DNA of 64,000 nt, from positions 1,098 to 65,097 of the forward strand of contig CAWUSE010000023.1 of NCBI GenBank assembly GCA_963925805.1, in the 5' to 3' direction. The notes beneath the pieces are model-generated. The model did not search any database. It saw only the letters and a list, made by a program, of their open reading frames with translations, and had not been told where the DNA came from. Positions 9,467 to 19,749 of this stretch are shown here, in pieces (positions within the stretch are counted from its first letter, which is position 1; the number at the start of each line of letters is the position of its first letter). A program made the translations under genes and the position numbers. The DNA is from an uncultured Acidimicrobiales bacterium (GTDB lineage Bacteria; Actinomycetota; Acidimicrobiia; Acidimicrobiales; UBA10347).

Positions 9467-10486
9467 TTAGCCGAGTAGTAGATGCTCTAGGCGGCGTGCC
9501 TGTTCGGTTGCGTCGGCGGCCTCGATGCCCCATAGCGGTGGTTTCACGCAGAGCGAGTCGGCGTGCTCGGCGATGCGCTCGATCTCTTCGCCAACCTGGT
9601 CCGATGTGCCACACACGGCGAAGGTGCGCGCCGCCTCGAGTGGCACCAAGTCAATGACATGTTCCAGTGGCTGGGAGCGCCGCGCTTCGACGAGCGTGTC
9701 GAACATCTCACCGAAACCGTGATCGGCGAAGTACGAGCGGTAGCTCGGGATCGACGCATAGAACGCGACATTCCCCCTCGCACGTTGGGCCGCAACGAGC
9801 GGATCCGGGTCGATTGATGATGTGAGCCAGAGCTGCACATGTAGATCGTCCGGGTCTCGACCCGCGTTGGCAGCGCCGCGACGGGCTGCAGGAAGCGCCC
9901 GCTCGAGTAGCCACCAGCGGGACCAGATCGAATGGCCGATGAACCCATCGGCACACTCCCCAGCGAGTTCACAAAGTCGCTCTCGTAGAGCTGCTATCCA
10001 CACCGGCACCTGACGGGCGTTCGGCCCGAAGTTCGGGTGAAGCCCTTGGAATGAGAGGTCGTAGTGATCGCCGTTGTAGTCAGGGATCGACGTAGCGCCC
10101 GATGCGGCGACCTCGCAAACCATGCGCACGATCTCGATTACTTCGCGTAGTCGACCGATCGGAGGTTGGAATGGCTCGTCGAAGAAGTCTTCAGTCCAGG
10201 TTTGGGGCGCGGTACCGAGACCTAAGGTGAAACGGCCGTTGCTAATCTGATCGAGCTCTAGAGCGGCGCAGGCAGTTTCGAACGGTGAGCGCACAAAGGC
10301 CATCGCTATACCGGTCTCGAGACCGAGGGTCGTCGTGCTTGCGGCGGCAACTGCCATACTCGCCCACGGCGGTCCGTACACCTGATTTCCGATCACCCCG
10401 GCATAGCCGGTGTCTTGGAGGTGGCGTGCACGTTCACCGATCGTTGCAGAGTCGCCTCGACCAATGGGGGCCCAGAAGTCAGGCAC
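9467..10486 (-). CDS. Luciferase-like monooxygenase (LLM) class oxidoreductase, possibly F420-dependent.
   Basis: 339 aa with an LLM pattern (LDQISNGRFTLGLGT, TIM-barrel layout). GTG start overlaps the stop of the upstream VOC gene. Confidence 0.85.
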   Translation of the reverse strand: MPDFWAPIGRGDSATIGERARHLQDTGYAGVIGNQVYGPPWASMAVAAASTTTLGLETGIAMAFVRSPFETACAALELDQISNGRFTLGLGTAPQTWTEDFFDEPFQPPIGRLREVIEIVRMVCEVAASGATSIPDYNGDHYDLSFQGLHPNFGPNARQVPVWIAALRERLCELAGECADGFIGHSIWSRWWLLERALPAARRGAANAGRDPDDLHVQLWLTSSIDPDPLVAAQRARGNVAFYASIPSYRSYFADHGFGEMFDTLVEARRSQPLEHVIDLVPLEAARTFAVCGTSDQVGEEIERIAEHADSLCVKPPLWGIEAADATEQARRLEHLLLG

Positions 10487-11174
10487 CGGATACCCCTTGG
10501 GGGAGTGGACGGCCCGTGAACTCGGCCCGCTCGGACACTTCGACGTACCCGCCGTCGGGGTCGCGCACGAATGACACGCGGGCAGTCTCGCCGAGGCTCG
10601 TCGGTTCCATCTCGCCGGTGAAACCCATGTCGACCAAACGCTGCCACTCCTGGTCGACGTGTTGAACTTGCACCGTCAGATAGCGCACGCCTGGGCCTGT
10701 ACGGACGGTAGGCCGCTGAAGATGCAGCTCTTCGACGCAGCGGACGATCGAGCTGCCGATCCGGAATCGTCCTGGCTCGAACTCAATGCCACCGACTCCG
10801 TCTACCCAGAACCGGCGGGCCTCGTTGAGGTTTGTGGTTGCGTTCAGGATCTCGACATCGACGACGGCGTCGTGGCCGCCAGGCACGAGTTCGATGTCGA
10901 CCCCTTCAGGGCCATGCACCAGTTCAGGTGCGCTCACGGAGTGACACACGATGCGCATCCCACGATGGATAGTTGGATGGGCTTGCATCGTTTTGCGACA
11001 ATGGTTGACCTTGATGACGGAGCCATGGCCATCGAAGCGGTGCTGTCTGACTCCGCCACCGATCTTCTCGAACTTCGTGTACGACAGTCCGACCTTGTCC
11101 GCCCAGAATGCTAGAGCGGGTTCCCAGTCCTGGACCATGGTCCCGATGTCGAGTTGTTGCTTAGCGAGTTCCAT
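10479..11174 (-). CDS. Two-domain VOC (glyoxalase / bleomycin resistance / dioxygenase) family protein.
   Basis: 231 aa with two repeated beta-alpha-beta-beta-beta-like halves (..HRFDGHGSVIKV.. / ..YLTVQVQHVD..). Confidence 0.8.
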   Translation of the reverse strand: MELAKQQLDIGTMVQDWEPALAFWADKVGLSYTKFEKIGGGVRQHRFDGHGSVIKVNHCRKTMQAHPTIHRGMRIVCHSVSAPELVHGPEGVDIELVPGGHDAVVDVEILNATTNLNEARRFWVDGVGGIEFEPGRFRIGSSIVRCVEELHLQRPTVRTGPGVRYLTVQVQHVDQEWQRLVDMGFTGEMEPTSLGETARVSFVRDPDGGYVEVSERAEFTGRPLPQGVSGA

Positions 11175-11672
11175 GTCAGAAGCCCTTCTACAGCCCTTTG
11201 GACTGCGGCCTATCGGTGATGATCATGAGCAGGGGTCGGTCATAGCAAAACATCTGGGCTCGTGCGTCGTCGACGGTTGTATTGGCACGACCATGGTGGC
11301 AGCGTAAATCTTGGACGTAGTCGAGGCCGCTGGTGTCATTGGCGATCACGTTCTGAGGCTCAGCGAGGAGGGCGTCTATCGCCACGGGATTGTTGATACG
11401 TCTAAAACTAGCGCTCGGCATGGGAGCACCGAAAACGGTTCAGATCCGGTTGGGGGATTGGGCGTGGGAGCTAGAGGGTTGTGCCTTCGAACGGAATTGG
11501 CTTGGCGGTCTCATGGGTGGTCGGGTAGTACTGGACAGAGCCAGGAGAGTCGTTCGAATTCGTCGCGGGCGCTTGACTATCGCACTTCGATGTCGTTGAG
11601 CCGTGGGTAGAGACGTGTCCGATGATCGAAGGTCTCGCCGAACGTGCGAGCGATAGGCAAACCTCAAGGATT

Positions 11673-11930
11673 TCAGTTGAGCAGCCGGATCGCGTTGAGT
11701 ACTACCGACAGCGACGCAGACCACAAAAGCATCTGCTTCCAGGGGAAGTACACCCGCACCCGTCCGGGGTGGTCGGGTGCGGGCATCTCATCAGGTCGAG
11801 TCGGCTCTTCGCCGAACATTTGTCGAGCTCGCGCATCAGCACTGGTGCCAGGAAACACCCGGATCACGACGTTGAGTACCACCGTGATGGTGACTGATAC
11901 GACGATAGAACTGATGAGAAAGTCGACCAT
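11673..11930 (-). CDS. Small hypothetical membrane protein, translationally adjacent to the carboxyltransferase.
   Basis: 85 aa with N- and C-terminal hydrophobic segments. Its start lies 3 nt after the stop of the 11933..13510 gene. Confidence 0.4.
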   Translation of the reverse strand: MVDFLISSIVVSVTITVVLNVVIRVFPGTSADARARQMFGEEPTRPDEMPAPDHPGRVRVYFPWKQMLLWSASLSVVLNAIRLLN

Positions 11931-11932
11931 TT

Positions 11933-13510
11933 TTAGCAGGTTGGCCAGTACGACAATGGTCGCTGGTCCAGCGGTGGGACCGGTCGATTCGCCAGCCGGT
12001 TGAGATCTTCGGCCAGTATGACTCTGGTCTCGGCGGGATCGATAATTTCGTCGATGCGCATTGTGCCGGCGGCCTCGTATGGCGATGTCGTCTCACCAAC
12101 CTCGCGGATCAGACGCAGACGCTCGGCTTCGCGTTCGTCCTCGTCCTCTATCGCGGCCAGTTTTGCTCCGTATGCCACGTTGATCCCGACTTCGGGATCC
12201 ATGAAGCCGATCTCGGCACCTGGCCAGGCGTAGACCCCTAGTGACGGCATCATTGATCCGTTCATTGCCTGCCATGCCATGCCAAATCCCTTGCGGAGAC
12301 AGACCGTCAGCGTCGGTGTCGAGGCCAGCTGAAGCGCCGTCATCATTCGCATCCCCCAGTGGAGTAGCCGGTCGTGCTCAACCCGACTTCCGACCATGAA
12401 GCCCGGGACGTCGACCAGGAACACCACCGGAAGGTTGAACGAGTCGCACACGGTGATAAATCGGATGATCTTGTGGCAGGTCTCCGGGGTCATGGCGCCC
12501 GCGCCATACATCGTGTTGTTGGCAATGACCCCCACCGGGAAGCCGTCGATACGAGCGAGAGCGGTAGTGACCTGACGGGCATAGCCAGGCTGTAGCTCCA
12601 TGACTGAATCAGGGTCGCATAACCGACTGATGACCTTGCGCATGTCGTAGCTGCGGGTGCGTCGGCTCGGCACTATGTCGGCAAGTTTGGGGTCCGGGTC
12701 GATAGAGGATGGCCGCTCGCCTCGTGGTGCCGATTGATGCGCGTTCGAGGGCATATAACTGAGCCAGCGCGCGATGGCTTCCCATGCCTGCTCATCTGTC
12801 TCGACCGCCAGGTCGATCTGGCCAGTTTTCGTGGCGTGTACATCGACGCCGCCGACTTCCTCGAATGAGGTGACCTCGCCGGTAGCGACCTCGAAGACTC
12901 GGGGCGACGTGACAGCCAGACATGACCCGCGGGTCATGACGACGAAGTCGCTCAGCGCCGAGAGGAAGCTAGATCCGCCGAAGCTCTGGCCCACGATGGC
13001 GGTCGCCATGGGTACCTGATGGCGTCGCGTGGCGACGGTGAACAGCTCGCCAGCCTCGCTGATTCCCTCGCTTCCCATAACATCAGGGATACGTCCGCCT
13101 CCCGTCTGGCCGAAATGCACGATTGGCTCGCCCATGGCGATGGCCCGTTCATACAGCCGCCACTCTTTGCGGGTCCCGACGATCGAGGAGGAGCCTCGCA
13201 TCACAGTGATGTCGTCGCCGAAAATGGTTACGGGACGGCCGTTGATCTTGCCGTGCCCGCCGATCTTGCCATCGCCGGGCGTCTTGCCGCGATCTTCGAT
13301 CCGGATGGATTGGCTGAACGTCCCGACTTCGCGGAACGTGTCGTTATCGAGCACGCCATCGATCTGCTCCCTGATTGTTCGTTCGCCGCGTTCGGCCAAC
13401 TGCGCGACCTTGCCGGCTCCACCCATTTTGTTGCGGACGGTCGCGGCGCGTTGTTTGAAGTCGTCCACGCGATTAGCGGGTTCGGCCTCTTCAGTATTCG
13501 TATCGGTCAT
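11933..13510 (-). CDS. Acyl-CoA carboxylase carboxyltransferase (beta) subunit.
   Basis: 525 aa with a typical two-lobed carboxyl_trans pattern (GGARIPD-like GGGRIPD, MGGAQ-like region, AWPGAEIGFMDPE). Confidence 0.9.
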   Translation of the reverse strand: MTDTNTEEAEPANRVDDFKQRAATVRNKMGGAGKVAQLAERGERTIREQIDGVLDNDTFREVGTFSQSIRIEDRGKTPGDGKIGGHGKINGRPVTIFGDDITVMRGSSSIVGTRKEWRLYERAIAMGEPIVHFGQTGGGRIPDVMGSEGISEAGELFTVATRRHQVPMATAIVGQSFGGSSFLSALSDFVVMTRGSCLAVTSPRVFEVATGEVTSFEEVGGVDVHATKTGQIDLAVETDEQAWEAIARWLSYMPSNAHQSAPRGERPSSIDPDPKLADIVPSRRTRSYDMRKVISRLCDPDSVMELQPGYARQVTTALARIDGFPVGVIANNTMYGAGAMTPETCHKIIRFITVCDSFNLPVVFLVDVPGFMVGSRVEHDRLLHWGMRMMTALQLASTPTLTVCLRKGFGMAWQAMNGSMMPSLGVYAWPGAEIGFMDPEVGINVAYGAKLAAIEDEDEREAERLRLIREVGETTSPYEAAGTMRIDEIIDPAETRVILAEDLNRLANRPVPPLDQRPLSYWPTC

Positions 13511-14073
13511 AGTCTGAACTTAGGCCTCCCACGACTGTGGTCCAAGCGTCTGTGGCTGATGCCCGTCATGTCCGCGCTCTACTCGGTCACGGTGACCGCA
13601 GAATCTGGAGCGCAATTCCACGGGACTGAGTCGGCTCGTCGCTGGTATCGAAGTTTGAGAGACGGGGCCTGCTATCAATTTTAGGTTCAGTTCGGCTGCT
13701 CCGGTCGATGGTGACATCGAGTTTTGCGAAGAGGTCCGTTGAGCTTCGGTTGAGGCTGCACTTCTAGTGAGGTGCTTGTACTCAGGTGCTTCTGCTATTC
13801 GCCGTCGTGACGATCACGTGGTCAGAAGCTGCATCCTCTGCGACGACGAGTGCGATGGACTCAAGCTACGCGACAGGAACGGTGGCGCTCAGTAACAAGA
13901 ACGGCACCGGCCTTGTCTTCAATATGGATGCTGTGTCGCCCGGAAAGTCGGCCACCTATAACTGATCATTGAATAGGGCCCGTTTCTCCATCGGTAGGGT
14001 TTGTCGACAAGCGTTTCGACGATGCATGAGGGCGCTCATGTGTCGTGCGTAGCGAACGGGATCCAAATCACTG

Positions 14074-15471
14074 ATGTCGACCTCGCATAGCGTTCAAATT
14101 CGTGAAACGGTTACCCTTGTGCGTTTTCGTTTTCTGGTTGCAATGCTGCTGTTGCTTCTGCTTGCTGCGTGTTCAGCGACGGGAAATTTAGTCCTCGGTG
14201 ATCCGGCAGACGGAAACATCGCCAGCCAGGACCAACCTATTTTCCCCGACCCAGCGACTCCTGAACCGCCGCCCAAGGTCGAATCAACCGTTCGAAGCTT
14301 GGGTGATTCGCCTGCGGCAGGAACACCAACGCCCGGTAGAGCCGCGTTGGACCGCATCGTTGTTGCGTCGGGAAGCGGTCAGGTCTATCTCATCGACCCC
14401 GATGGGCAAAGGCGACTTGATCTGTCTGGGGCTGGTGTTGGAAGTCAGCCAGTTTGGAGTCCCGATGGGCGTCGCATTGCCTGGAGCCAGAGCGGCCCCT
14501 CAGGCTGGTCGATCAACAGCGCCAATACCGACGGAACCGAATTGCGACAGGCAACAACATTGTTCAGCGGATACTTCGGATCTTGGAGTCCAACCTCCCG
14601 TCGGCTTGGTTTCCTTGGCAACGCGCCACCAGGAACAGGTCTCGTACTCGATGACGGGACGGGAGCAGATCTTGATTCGGTCGTTGATAGCGACACCTTT
14701 TACTACTTCTCGTGGAGTCCAGATGGAACACGATGGGTCGTGCACAGTGGATCCGGAATTAGCGTCGTTGCTATCGACGGTAGTCGCACGCTGATCGATC
14801 TTGAACCGGCGCGCTTTAGGGCGCCGGTCTGGGCCGAGGACGGATCGATCTTGCTCGCGGTGCGACACGATGATCGCAACATGATCGTGCAACTCGATCC
14901 CGCCTCGGGCGACTTCGACGAACTGCTCGAGGTCGGCGATGTCACCAACTTCGTGCTCGACCCTACGGGGCGTTACCTAGCAGTCGAGTCGGTCGTGCTT
15001 GGAAAGGGTCAGGAAGATCTGGGCAGTGGTATCACGGTCTCGACAGCCATGCAGCCGGATGAGCCGAACGCTGTGGTCCTTGTCTACGACATGCAGACGG
15101 GCGCCGTGCGTCAAATTCTGCAGGAGAGAACGGGCGGTTTCTGGTGGAGCCCTGACGGCACGACACTGGCCTTTCTGGTCCAAGAAGAAAGCGCCACACC
15201 GGAGTTTTTGCAATGGCTCATGTGGCGGGCTGAGGAAACGTTCCGCTCGGAACGGTTCAGGCTCTCACCGACGTTTGGCGCTGCCTATGTGCCGTTCTTC
15301 GACCAGTTCGCGCAGAGCGTCACGCCGTGGTCGCCTGACAGCACCCGATTCGTTTACAGCGCCTTCGATCTGGCCGGCGACCCGGGGGTATTTGTGCAAG
15401 CAGCCCGCCCCGATGCGTCAGCAGAGCGAATTAGCGATGACGTAGGCATCGCGTTTTGGTCACCGACCTAA
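14074..15471 (+). CDS. Lipoprotein with TolB-like (PD40 / WD40-like) beta-propeller repeats.
   Basis: Lipobox LLLAACS after a hydrophobic N-terminus. Repeated W-SPDG motifs (WSPDGRRIAW, WSPDGTRW, WSPDGTTLAF, WSPDSTRF). Confidence 0.75.
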   Translation: MSTSHSVQIRETVTLVRFRFLVAMLLLLLLAACSATGNLVLGDPADGNIASQDQPIFPDPATPEPPPKVESTVRSLGDSPAAGTPTPGRAALDRIVVASGSGQVYLIDPDGQRRLDLSGAGVGSQPVWSPDGRRIAWSQSGPSGWSINSANTDGTELRQATTLFSGYFGSWSPTSRRLGFLGNAPPGTGLVLDDGTGADLDSVVDSDTFYYFSWSPDGTRWVVHSGSGISVVAIDGSRTLIDLEPARFRAPVWAEDGSILLAVRHDDRNMIVQLDPASGDFDELLEVGDVTNFVLDPTGRYLAVESVVLGKGQEDLGSGITVSTAMQPDEPNAVVLVYDMQTGAVRQILQERTGGFWWSPDGTTLAFLVQEESATPEFLQWLMWRAEETFRSERFRLSPTFGAAYVPFFDQFAQSVTPWSPDSTRFVYSAFDLAGDPGVFVQAARPDASAERISDDVGIAFWSPT

Positions 15472-15585
15472 GCGTCGCTCTATTCGGTTGCACATGGCCC
15501 ATCGCAGCGCCAACGACGGCGCCGTGGTCAAGGTTGCAGAGTTGAGCACCTCAACACGAGCCAGAGCAGGCGCTAGGTTCGCTGC

Positions 15586-17028
15586 GTGAGGACAAGGAAC
15601 TACAGCGACCAGCAGCGGATTATTGAGGCTTCGCTAGATCAAGCATTTCGCTTTACTCAAGGTGCCTCGTTGCATGTCGGCATCCTAGGAATGGTCGGTC
15701 GGCCGTCGGGGCCCCACGACGAGGACCCCTTCGTGACGGGCACATGGCACAGCGGTCGCAGCCACGGTGAACTTGATCTGAGCCAGCTTCAATCCTCTGA
15801 CGAAGCCGCACCCAGCCTTGATCTCTGGTTCGACGCCAATCGCTCTGCACTCGATATTTCGGCATCGTTCGAGGGTGTTCCTGTCGATGCATTGAGCGGG
15901 TCAGGAATTCCGTCGGCCGTGCTCGACGGCCCGGTGACGGTCGCACGAACGGGCGACGCAGGCGATGGCATAACCGCACTTCTCACTCAGATGTGCGCCG
16001 GCAAGATCGTGATCGACCCGCATGCCATGCTCGATCTAGTCGCCTCAGAGCAGCTCGACTCCTTTGCCGAGCACCAGGTCGAAGACGCAGGTCCGCTGCG
16101 GGCCTTCAACGCTGGCATGTCGATACAGGCTTTCCTCGACACGGTTGGGCTCACGAGCACGACGCTCATCAACCAGATCGCGATCCTTGGCTACGATCTG
16201 CGCCGTGAACTTGGCTCGGCAGCGGTCGACGCGTTCAACAACTACCTGCGTGTGGCCCAGGTGCAGTTGGCGTGGTTCGTCGACGACTCTGATCGCATCC
16301 ACACGGCCCAGGTAGTACTTGTGTTGACGGACTTCATCAATGAACTGTTCACCAGTGACGAGGTAATCGAGCAGCTGGCTAGCGAAGAGCATGTTTCTGT
16401 GCAGGAAATGACCGAGTTCATCGACAAGTCGGCCGAGGCTGGCCGCCTGGTTTATGTCCACGCAATTTGGCAAACGTTCACGTTCGCCGACGACATCGCT
16501 CCGGTCGTATGGCCCGATGCCGTCGATTTGAGCGTCGATGTGGCTGCTCAGGCGAGCCGATTGCGCACCCAAGCAACAGACGGGGGTACTGCACCGACGA
16601 TCCAACCGCCAGATGGTCCAGATGGTTTGGTGTCAGATAGTTTGGTTTCAGAGCGCCCAAGCAACGTCACGGTCGACCCCGCAATGCTCGATGCGATGCG
16701 AGCAAGCAGCGGAGCAATGCATTTTGTGCTTACTGAGGTCGATGGCGATGCCAAGTCAGCTATGCGGGCGGCTCAGAAGGCAGTGATGGAAGTGAAGGAC
16801 CCTAACGCACCCGGTGAGCCGTTGGCCCGCTTCCTCAGCGATGTCGTCGAGACTGCAGACGGCGCTCAGTTCTGGGCCGATATCAGCGGTATAGAAGAGG
16901 AGGCAGCCATCCTTGAACAGGTGCTCGGGGCCGTCGTGGGCGCGGTGAACCAGGTCGTGACGTCGGCTCATATTTCCGCCCAAACAATGGGTGAACCAAG
17001 CGCAGAATTGCCGCAGCGTGGTGGCTGA
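15586..17028 (+). CDS. Hypothetical acidic protein with no recognisable domain.
   Basis: 480-aa ORF with coding-like composition, no signal peptide or TM segment. GTG start is uncertain. Confidence 0.55.
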   Translation: MRTRNYSDQQRIIEASLDQAFRFTQGASLHVGILGMVGRPSGPHDEDPFVTGTWHSGRSHGELDLSQLQSSDEAAPSLDLWFDANRSALDISASFEGVPVDALSGSGIPSAVLDGPVTVARTGDAGDGITALLTQMCAGKIVIDPHAMLDLVASEQLDSFAEHQVEDAGPLRAFNAGMSIQAFLDTVGLTSTTLINQIAILGYDLRRELGSAAVDAFNNYLRVAQVQLAWFVDDSDRIHTAQVVLVLTDFINELFTSDEVIEQLASEEHVSVQEMTEFIDKSAEAGRLVYVHAIWQTFTFADDIAPVVWPDAVDLSVDVAAQASRLRTQATDGGTAPTIQPPDGPDGLVSDSLVSERPSNVTVDPAMLDAMRASSGAMHFVLTEVDGDAKSAMRAAQKAVMEVKDPNAPGEPLARFLSDVVETADGAQFWADISGIEEEAAILEQVLGAVVGAVNQVVTSAHISAQTMGEPSAELPQRGG

Positions 17029-17525
17029 CGGAATGTGACACTAACGAGTTGCATCGTTTGGTGGGCTTGCGTAGTGAGCGCGACAGCACCGGTGAGAGGC
17101 CGCAGCCGAGGCCGGGAGTAGCAAAGGTAATTGTTTCCCCGATCGAGAAGCGTTGATCGAGAAGCGTTGTTGGAAAGAGTAAACGATGCCGCCGATCGCA
17201 CCGATGCCATCTGTGAGAACCAACGGTTGGCTCGTTTCAGGGTTTTCGACTGCGACTCGAAGCCGTCGGGTGTTTGTTGAGACGCTGGTCCGCTTTGTCT
17301 TCGCTGCCACCTGTGCCGGCAGAATCGTTAGCCAACCGGACGGGACGCTCTGGCTGACTGTTCGTTGAGGACGTAGAAGTCGGGCGAAATATCCCTGGGT
17401 ACTGGCAACAAGCTCGGCGCTAAGGATCTTGGATAACCCGTCAGTAGGAGTTGGGGTTAAACAGTACACAGCGGTGTCGCATATGGTTCTGGACGTGGCC
17501 TAGCGGCTTGACTCCAGGGGGAATC

Positions 17526-19214
17526 ATGTACGACTTGTTGATTACGAACGCTCGGATCGTCGATGGCACGGGTAGCCCGGCGTTCGTCGGCTCGGTCGCT
17601 GTAGCAGATGGTTTGATCGTCGAGGTCGGCGATGTCGATGGTGCGGCGCATCAGACGATCGATGCAGGGGGACACCTTGTTACACCAGGATTTGTTGATA
17701 TTCACACCCACTTCGATGGTCAGGTGTGCTGGGACAAGCAGGTGACTCCTGTCAGCTGGCATGGTGTGACCACCATCGTGATGGGCAACTGCGGGGTCGG
17801 GTTCGCCCCAGTTCATCCCGGGAAGGAGGACGATCTGGTGCAGCTCATGGAGAGCGTTGAAGACATTCCCGGTACTGCGCTTCACGAAGGTATCCCGTGG
17901 GGATGGGAGACCTTCGGCGAATATCTCGATGCAATCGATACGCCGTACACGATTGACATTGGCGCACAGGTTCCCCATGTGGCGGTTCGCCATTACGTGA
18001 TGGGGGAGCGTTGCTACGACGACGCAACCGCCGACGATATGTCCAAGATGGCGGACCTCACTCGTCAGGCGCTCGACGACGGGGCACTGGGTTTCAGTAC
18101 GTCACGCTTCTACGGCCATCGCGACAAGAGCGGACAGTTGGTGCCCGGCACCAATGCATCGGCTGATGAGATGATGGCAATCTCCGACGCGCTTGTTCAA
18201 GCCGGCCATGGGTCGATGGAGATAATTTCTGATCATCTCGAGACCGACGATGAGCTCGCTTGGGTTGAACACATTGCACGCGCCACAGGCCGACCGATCA
18301 CTCTTCTGGTGACGCCAAGCGTGGGTGAACGCATCTGGGAACTCGCTGACAAGCTTGCCGAAGAAGGTCTCAGCGTGCGACCCCAGGTTGGGGCCCGGCT
18401 TGCTTCGATCTTGATGACGCTCGAAGGCACGGTGAACCCGATGCGCCAGTTCCCTGCATTCGATGCGATCAGGGATCTACCGGTCGAAGAACAGCGAGCG
18501 GCGTTGGGTGATCCCGCCTTCCGAGCTGCAATTGTTGCCGACGAGGCCAAACAACCTCGTGACCGAGATACCGGTCGCATGATCTCGACGTGGCACAAGA
18601 TGTATGTGCTCCCGGAAGACCTTAGCTATGAGCCGACGTACGAAGATTCGATAGCGGCTCTCGCCGAGAAGCGCGGCTACACCGAACGCGAGGCGCTCAT
18701 GGACGTCATGGCCTCGGGTCGCCCGATCCTGTATTTGTTTGGCGACTACCGCGAGACCGTTGATGACCAGCGCGAACTGATTGAGCGTCCCCAATCAGTA
18801 TTCGGGCTTTCCGATGGCGGCGCTCACTGCGGGGTGCTGTGTGATGCGAGCGTGCCGACGTACATGCTTGCCTACATGACTCGCGATCGTTCCAAGGGGC
18901 CGCGTATGGACCTCGAATACGTCGTGCACAAAATGACTCAGGATACGGCTTTGGTTTACGGCATGAAAGACCGCGGTGTGCTTGCAGCGGGGTACAAAGC
19001 TGATATCAACATCATCGACTACGACAAGCTTGCCCTCGAAGATCCCGAGATGGTCTACGACCTGCCTGCAGGCGGTAAACGCCTCATCCAGCGTGCTCAG
19101 GGCTACAAGGCCACCATCTGTGCAGGTGTCGTCACGTACGAGAACGGCGAGCACACCGGCGAGTTCCCCGGCCGTTTGGTCCGAGGCGGCACTAAGGAGT
19201 CGGTGACGAATTAA
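17526..19214 (+). CDS. N-acyl-D-amino-acid deacylase (D-aminoacylase) family amidohydrolase.
   Basis: MYDLLITNARIVDGTG...PGFVDIHTHFD. Start set at the ATG at 17526 with GGGGGA upstream. Confidence 0.85.
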   Translation: MYDLLITNARIVDGTGSPAFVGSVAVADGLIVEVGDVDGAAHQTIDAGGHLVTPGFVDIHTHFDGQVCWDKQVTPVSWHGVTTIVMGNCGVGFAPVHPGKEDDLVQLMESVEDIPGTALHEGIPWGWETFGEYLDAIDTPYTIDIGAQVPHVAVRHYVMGERCYDDATADDMSKMADLTRQALDDGALGFSTSRFYGHRDKSGQLVPGTNASADEMMAISDALVQAGHGSMEIISDHLETDDELAWVEHIARATGRPITLLVTPSVGERIWELADKLAEEGLSVRPQVGARLASILMTLEGTVNPMRQFPAFDAIRDLPVEEQRAALGDPAFRAAIVADEAKQPRDRDTGRMISTWHKMYVLPEDLSYEPTYEDSIAALAEKRGYTEREALMDVMASGRPILYLFGDYRETVDDQRELIERPQSVFGLSDGGAHCGVLCDASVPTYMLAYMTRDRSKGPRMDLEYVVHKMTQDTALVYGMKDRGVLAAGYKADINIIDYDKLALEDPEMVYDLPAGGKRLIQRAQGYKATICAGVVTYENGEHTGEFPGRLVRGGTKESVTN

Positions 19215-19642
19215 TCATCGGTGTCATGGCGGAGAGGTTCACCAAACCAGGCATCGAGGCCGCTGGCAGCTCCGTCTGGTGAGCCTTTGTATTCGAACAC
19301 CTCGAGTAGTACGCCGTCTGGGGCTTCAATCATTAGGTAGTCGAGCTCGGGCAATTCCCGGATAGGTGAACGGAGTTCGAAACCGGCAGCGCTCATGCGA
19401 GCCGCAAGATCGGCGAGATCGTCCACTTGGAACCCGAGATGGTGCACGGCGTTCTTACCGGTGCCATTTGGTGCCTGGTCGTAGAAGTTCAGCATCCCCG
19501 TCCCGACACGAACCATGACGTTGCGGGCTCCAGCGAACTCATGGTCCCCGACGACCTCTGCATCGAACCAGCGCTCGTAGAAATCCAACGTCTTCTCGAG
19601 GTTCGTTGCGAACAGGTGGGCGTGGTGGAAGCGACTAGCCAT
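19211..19642 (-). CDS. VOC/glyoxalase family protein.
   Basis: FHHAHLFATNLEKTLDFY...VHHLGFQVDDL pattern. Convergent with the D-aminoacylase gene, with a 4-nt overlap. Confidence 0.75.
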   Translation of the reverse strand: MASRFHHAHLFATNLEKTLDFYERWFDAEVVGDHEFAGARNVMVRVGTGMLNFYDQAPNGTGKNAVHHLGFQVDDLADLAARMSAAGFELRSPIRELPELDYLMIEAPDGVLLEVFEYKGSPDGAASGLDAWFGEPLRHDTDD

Positions 19643-19749
19643 CGAAGAAGATCCTAGACACATCGCGCATTGGAAGTTGAGCGAATCTTGCGCCTACTGA
19701 GCAGAGTGCGCCAAGCTGTTGATCTTCGTTAACGCCCGGGGAGGCACAC

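Noticed and set aside
11188-11421. 77-aa ORF between the small membrane gene and the VOC gene.
   Set aside because: It has no recognisable domain or ribosome-binding site. It could be real as part of the minus-strand operon, but the evidence is insufficient.
17041-17469. 142-aa minus-strand ORF in the gap upstream of the D-aminoacylase gene.
   Set aside because: Its composition is Ser/Thr/Arg/Pro-rich, it spans the 14-bp tandem duplication, and it has no motif or SD.
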